64,000 nucleotides of DNA from Leucoraja ocellata (Eukaryota): NCBI GenBank assembly GCA_036785375.1, contig JAWMAR010000104.1, forward strand, positions 4,402,001-4,466,000, in the 5' to 3' direction. The notes beneath the pieces were generated by a model. It searched no databases. It had not been told where the DNA came from and saw only the letters and a program-made list of their open reading frames with translations. This document shows positions 57,369 to 64,000 of this stretch, in pieces; the stretch's first letter is position 1; every line of letters starts with the position of its first letter. The position numbers and the translations under genes were made by a program.

Positions 57369-60300
57369 GTAGCTATGTAGTATTATGCAGACATAAAACG
57401 TTGTCTTAGTACATTAGCGATTCAATTTCCTTTGCAACATCCACTCTCGAAAGTCATGATGCCCACTTCAGATAACAATTAGAGCTAAAATAGGGAGCAT
57501 TGTCATTACTTCATCAAATCACAATATGGGAGCAAAACAATTAATTGACTCCATCCAGTTAGACAGAGAACGCCTTGGTGTGACATCCATCTCACTATGG
57601 GTCAAATGCAGTGAAGGCAATATATAGTAAAGAGATACACTGACTGTACAACATATTCATTCACTGGTTGACAACAGAACAAAACACTTGAATATCTCGA
57701 TATATTTTCAGTGAAGGCAGCCATTTAATCAACACAAAGAATGTTGACTTTCATTTATTGAATTTTCAGATATGTAAATATTGACAATATTTGATTATGT
57801 TCCCTTCTGCGGCTAAAGTATAATTATAATTCGTATTACAACATAATTAATTGCATCCAAATTTAATATTACCCTAATTAACGATGACGAACAAGCGGAA
57901 AATGAACTCAAACAAAATACATATAGAGGAACTGAAGAGAAGTGAATACAGTTCCCAGTGTACGAGTTCCTGTCATGAATGGTTTTGCCCTCAGTAGTCG
58001 CAGAACATATAAAATGTAGCAAGCGAGGGACAACAAAGGAATATCAAGGAACGTCAGTGATCGAGTGCACCGAGTTTCAAGAGGCTCTGGAACGAGTTGT
58101 AGATAATTGAATACTTGTCCTGTAGAATCTTACAGCTCGGAAACAAGCGGAACATATCCATATTGACCAAGATCCCCTATCTGAACTAGTCCCATTAACC
58201 CACTTTAGCTCATATACCTCTAAATCTGTCTTATTCATGTACCTAACTGGCTGCCAGCGTGGCTGGCTCAACTGCTTCCTCTAGAAGCTCGCTCGATATA
58301 CTCACCACCCCTTGTGTGAAAACGTTGCCGCTCCCTTTCTTATTAAATCCGTTTTCTCTCACCTTAAAGCAAAGCGATTCATTCTCCTACCGTGGGAAAA
58401 ATAAGACTCCATAAATTCACCGCCTCTATTCCCCTAATGATTATATACACTTCAAGAGGATTACCTCTCAGCCTCCTGCGCCCCAATGAATAAGGTCATA
58501 GCCAGCCCAGTCTTTCCCCATAGCGCAGGCCCTCGAGTCCAGCAAAGGCTGATATAAAACATTTCTTTAATTCATACGTCATCTCCTGTTTTTTTCGTTA
58601 AGTTTCCAGACTACCTTACTTTTCGCACTTTCATATATCTATAGAAACCTTTACTGTTTGCTTTTACATTTCTAGCTTGGATTACATTGTACTTTTTAAT
58701 CTTTGTTGGTTAATCTTTCGCTAATTTATTGCTCTTTCAATCGTTTTCTCCAACACTCTGAGGACCCATCCATCTTTGCACACTGTGTGTCCTCCGCTAC
58801 AATATTATGTCCCGCGTATGGCCTGGTACCGTAAGTTTCATTATAATGTAAAAAATCCGTGGACCAAATTACACTTGACATGAAAAGCTGGGAAATACAC
58901 ATCAACCTGCCGTTGTTATTGAGGAATAAGTGCTTTTGCCAATTCGAACATACTGTGGTCTGTTGATGCGGACTGTCACCAACGCAATTGATGCAAGAAT
59001 ATGAGGGCACCCGGGGATTAACAAATACATTTTGAAATAGTTTCTTTACTGCCGGAACATCGCGATGCTCTGGAGGATTTCTCGGTATCTGGAAGAAATT
59101 CGCGAGGCAAGCAGCTATTCCACATCAATGCGTCCTCCTAACTGAATGATTTCCTTTTCCTTTTCGGGGTCTTAAACAGTTGCTGCAGGCGATTACTTGA
59201 TATGTACATCCAATATTTTGATATGGGTGGGGATGTCAATTCCACCATCCTCATTTCCCTACTTAAGCCCTTGTGGCCTTGCATTTGCTTGAGAGCTAGA
59301 GCTATTGGATCTCACACATGCCCATTCATGACTGTGACTTATGTCCATTCATATTCATGTGCGTCCTTTATTTACCTTTAACCTACGTTTCTGGATAATC
59401 TATAGGCTGACATCTTGGAAGATTTAAGAGAGGTGCTTGTTTTCGACGTGCTGAGGGCTGAACACTGAGTTTAATGTGTTACTTTGAACTGAGAAAGTAT
59501 CTTATTGGTGACGCGGTTCCTGAGATACAGTTTAATTTCATAATACTTATCGTGAAACAATTTAATAGACCCTGTTTCCCGTACTAACATAAACGAATCA
59601 TTTATGAAGATTCATTCAGATTATACGGTGCTAATACAAAATTATATCTGAATTTATGTTCCCACACTCCCTTATATTCATAGTCTTTGTTATCCCCCAA
59701 CCAAAACACACATCCACACAAAGAGCGAGGAAAAGAAAAAGGTAAACGCGTGTTATTTGCCTTAACGACCCACTCGGTGGCTCTGTCATCCAGCACCACC
59801 GCATGGCGCACTCGCCATGACGCACGTCAACTCCAAACTCGCAGAAAAACTTGTTCCGCTACAATGTGCCTGCCGTCAAATCAGGTGCACTGCAAATGCC
59901 ATCACCTGATTCTATACTCTTCTTTGGAGCTTTTGCATCACAAGGACATCAGCCTCATTCTCTTATTATTTGATTAGAGTTCCGATTTTAGCACTATTGT
60001 TCCATCCAGACGAAGTTTTAAGCTGAAAACAAGGAACTGCAATGCTGGTTTACAAGAAATCTTTCCTTCAATGTCAGAACAATGAAGGACCCAGTAATGG
60101 ACTTCAGAAAACGTGATGGAGTAAAAAAACAATCTATATCAATGGTACTAAAATGGAGATGGTCGAAAGCTTCACGTTCCTTGGAGTAAATATTCATAAA
60201 ATTCCATCCTGGTCCAATCACGAAAGCAGACCAATGCTTGCCCTTCCTCAGAAGATGAAGGAAGTTCGGCATGTCTCAAATGCGTCCTCCATACTTCTAT

Positions 60301-60533
60301 ACATTCTCCAGAGTACGCATCCTATTATTGTGCATCACAGCCAGGTTTGACAACTGATCTGTCCAAGGTCAGTGTATCACGCAAACAATTTCCAGGGAAG
60401 ATCAAGAACGACCTCAACGGAAATTAATAAGGATGGAGCGGGTAAACATTATTGCACACGTTGCTCCCAGAAGTGCTTAAGAGGTTGACGCCCATTGACG
60501 TTTCAGTCTTTCAGTCTTATTCTTTCAAGTATA

Positions 60534-60895
60534 TTAGAAACATAGAAAATAGGTGCAGGAGTAGGCCATTCGGCCCTTCGAGCCTGCACCGCCGTTCAAT
60601 ATGATCATGGCTGATCATCCAAGTCAGTATCCTGTACCTGCCTTCTCTCCATACCCCCTGATACCTTTAGCCACAATGGCCACATCTAACTCCCTCTTAA
60701 ATATAGCCAATGAACTGGCTTCAACTACTTTCTGTAGCAGAGAATTCCAGAGATTAACCACTCTCTGTATGAAAATGTTTTTCTCAACTCGGTCCTAAAA
60801 GATTTCCCCCTTATCCTTAAATTGTGACCCCTTGTTCTGGACTTCCCCAACATCGGGAACAGTCCTCCTGCATCTAGCCTGTCCAACTCCTTAAT
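60534..60895 (-). mobile_element. CR1 LINE 3' end
   Basis: Matches 12320-12690, with CATAGAAA tail. Confidence 0.88.
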
Positions 60896-62454
60896 TGCAG
60901 ATAAGGCGCGGAATATTGTAAAGTTATATCACCGAGCTTGAAACTTTGCGCTGGCGGTGTGGACAGGGCAAGAATCTTTCTCTGCAACGCTGTTCCGTTT
61001 GGTTGACCGATTTGACACATCTCAGATTGGTCAAATTTCCAATTTACTTTCACGCACCTCACGTTACGCCGTTCACTGTGGAGTGCCGGGTCTTTATGAC
61101 GTGTCCAGAGTAACATAGCTTATTTCGTCGCACGCATACCTTCTCAAATTCTAACAATCAATAGCAAATGTCGTACTCATTGAAATCACGACCAGGTAGT
61201 AGGCAAATGTATAACGGTATGGAGTATAGGATGCTCGCGAATAAGGCCACGTTGTGCTTGCAAGTCAATTATGGGAAAGCTCTTTGGCCACATATATATC
61301 CTAGAGTTTGCATTCAACTGTTTTATTCCACCCGCGAACTACATTCGTAGAGGTGACAGAAGGCACGTGAAACTGCTAGAACGGCAACCCACTGAAATTA
61401 CAATATCACAGGGAAAGAACAACGCGCACGAGTTTATTCCGTGAAAGAAGCTCTGCGTTCAAAGTTTCTAATGTGACCACGTTGGTGATTCATTATTGCG
61501 ACCGAAAGTCAAAAAGGACCTCGTTGATATTTGGCATTGCACTACGAAATAATCATGTAGTCTCGTATCTCCAGAAAGTAACAAGACATTACACTTGATA
61601 TATTCAAATGAATAATCATCCCATGTCATTGGTACATTCAGAGCATGCTGCTCCACTCAATGCATTACTTCCATTGTTGACATGAAACGTTGTGCAATTG
61701 ATATATTTCACTTCAAATTCCAATTACAGCATTCCGGCATTACAATAATGTTGTTCAAAACACGGCTACAACTCACAATTTCTAGCACTGTCTTTCCTAC
61801 GAAGACAGTAATGCACCAACTACAAATACAATAAGAAACCTTCGAAAGCAACCAAAAATGAATCTGCCGGATGCACGCCAAAATGAGCGTGGACAATAAA
61901 TGGCAATGGCCATGCGATGCTGTGTCTCCAACAAGTTAACAATCCATTTATAGTGCACAACAGTCATGCGCGGAACTAAATAAAAACAACAACTTGCTTT
62001 GATTGGTACACTGCATCTTTTTGGGTCAAATATTATATTCTTGGTATGTCACGGAATAGCCTACTCGGTGTATGCGTTATCATACCAACACCACTTACGA
62101 ATTGGCAGCACTTATGCTACCACTTCCAGTTTTTTTCCAGAATAATGTCGGACGAATTAGGAAGTGGCATTCAATTTCAAACTAGTTTGACAATAGACAA
62201 TAGCACACCTGCCAACTTTAGAAAATGAAAATTCGTACTCTGAGTGCGCAGGTTGACGGAGTGCGAGCGCCGACGGGTCGGGTCACACCCATGTAAGAGT
62301 ACAAGAATGCATGATATCTTTATTGTGTGTTTGAGATACAGTTTATTGTGTATTATATGTCATAGCTACTCTCTTGCATTTGTCCAGACGTATATCATTG
62401 AAAGCCATTTGGTAGCAACCATGGTCTGGGGAAACGTTAAGAGGCTGGTATCTC

Positions 62455-62465
62455 GCTCTCTGTCA

Positions 62466-62496
<31 letters not shown>

Positions 62497-62841
62497 GATA
62501 TATATTTTATTCTCTCCCCCTCTCTTCTCCCTCTCTCTCTCTCCTCCCTCTCTCCCTCTTCTTCTCTTCCTCTCTCCCTCCCCTCACTCGTTCTCTCTCT
62601 GTATCTCTATCTCTCTCTATCTCTCTTCCTCTCTCGCTCTCTCTCCCTCTCTCTCCCTCTCCCCCTCGCTCTCTCCCTCTCTCCCCCTCTCCCTCTCACT
62701 CTCTCCCACTCTCTCTCCCCCCTTCTCTCTCTCCCCTCTTTCTCCCTCTCTCTCCATCTCTCTCCCTCTATCTCCCTCTATCTCCCTCTCTCTCGCCCCC
62801 TCTCTCTCCATCCCACTTTCACCATTGCCCCTCCCCCCTCA

Positions 62842-62906
<65 letters not shown>

Positions 62907-63216
62907 TTTCTTTCTTCTCTCCCCTTCCTCTCACTCCCTCTCCCTCNNNNNNNNNNNNNNNNNNNNNNNNNNNNNNNNNNNNNNNNNNNNNNNNNNNNNN
63001 NNNNNNNNNNNNNNNNNNNNNNNNNNNNNNNNNNNNNNNNNNNNNNNNNNNNNNNNNNNNNNNNNNNNNNNNNNNNNNNNNNNNNNNNNCTCTCTCCCGC
63101 CCTCGCCCTCCCCCTCCCCACCCCCCCTCTCTCTGTCTCTCTCTCTCTGCCTCTCTCCCTCTCTTTTCCTCTCTCTTCATTTCTTGCTCTCTACCTCTCT
63201 CTCCCCCCTCTCTCTC
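62455..63216. repeat. CT-rich microsatellite/low-complexity tract containing an assembly gap
   Basis: (CT)n and CCCT runs; N run at 62947-63089. Confidence 0.95.
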
Positions 63217-63231
63217 TGAAGCTGTACGGTG

Positions 63232-64000
63232 ATAGAATAGACAATAGGTGCAGACCATTCGGCCCTTCGAGCCAGCACCGCCATTCAATTCGATCATGGG
63301 AGATCATCCACAATCAGTACCCCGTTCCTGCCTTCTCCCCATATCCCCAGATTCTGCTCTATTTAAGAGCCATGTCAAGCTCTCTCTTGAAAGTATCCAG
63401 AGAAGGCCTCCACCGCCCTCTGAGGCAGAGAATTCCACAGACTCACAACTCTCTGTGTGAAAAGGTTTTTCCTCATCTCCGTTCTAAATGGATTACCCTT
63501 TATTCTTAAACTGTGACCCCCGGTTCTGGACTCCCCCAACATCCGGAACATGTTTTCTGCCGCTAGCGTGTCCAAACCCTTAATAATTTTATATGTTTCA
63601 ATAAGATCCCCTCTCAGACTTCTAAATTCGAGAGTATACAAGCCCAGCCACTCCATTCTCTCAGTCCCGCCATCCTGGGAATTAATCTTGTGAACATATG
63701 CTGCATTCCCTCAATAGCAAGAAAGTCCTTCCTCAAATTAGGGGACGAAAACTGAACACAATACTCCAGGTGTGGTCTCACTAAGGTCATATACATCTGC
63801 AGAAGGAAATGCTTTGCTCCTATACTCAATTCCTCTTGTTATGAAGGCCAACATGCCATTCGCTTTCTTCACTGACTGCTGTAGCTGCATGCTTAATTTC
63901 ATTGACTGATCAACAAGGACCCCTAGATCCCGTTGGGCTTCCCCTTTTCTCAACTTGACACCATTTAGATAATAATCTGCCTTCCTGTTTTTGCTACCTA
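63232..64000 (-). mobile_element. CR1 LINE (runs off the window)
   Basis: ORF2 C-terminal fragments ([25 protein letters not shown]) and TAGACAA tail. Confidence 0.9.

Noticed and set aside
62002-62070. ATTGGTACACTGCA resembling an orphan CSE
   Set aside because: Lacks the CGCT box and CTTTAAG module, and no cadherin remnant is visible downstream.
62244-63509. 421-aa Leu/Ser/Pro-rich ORF
   Set aside because: Translation of a CT microsatellite, N gap and antisense CR1; not a gene.

Overview
Vertebrate (eukaryotic) genomic DNA. The repeat content (V-SINE/HE1-type SINE, CR1 LINEs with (TTTCTATG)n tails, abundant Penelope terminal repeats) suggests a cartilaginous fish, probably a skate or ray; this is an inference. 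The window is part of a clustered protocadherin locus: six tandem ~2.4-kb single-ORF protocadherin units on the minus strand (signal peptide, 6 cadherin repeats, TM, short cytoplasmic tail). Five are intact and one has a 1-nt frameshift. Each has its own copy of a conserved promoter 210-270 bp upstream: a CSE/CGCT box with CTCF-type upstream module, a CCAAT box and an extra fixed-distance CTTTAAGA motif. No constant exons are recognisable, and conserved stop positions suggest beta-like single-exon genes. The spacers are full of retroelements: a decayed Gypsy LTR element, nested CR1 LINEs, L2/Rex1 fragments, Penelope terminal repeats with minimal hammerhead ribozyme motifs, and a GC-rich VNTR-containing non-coding retroposon with a covarying 3' stem-loop. 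There are two assembly gaps. Repeat boundaries were read by eye and are approximate.
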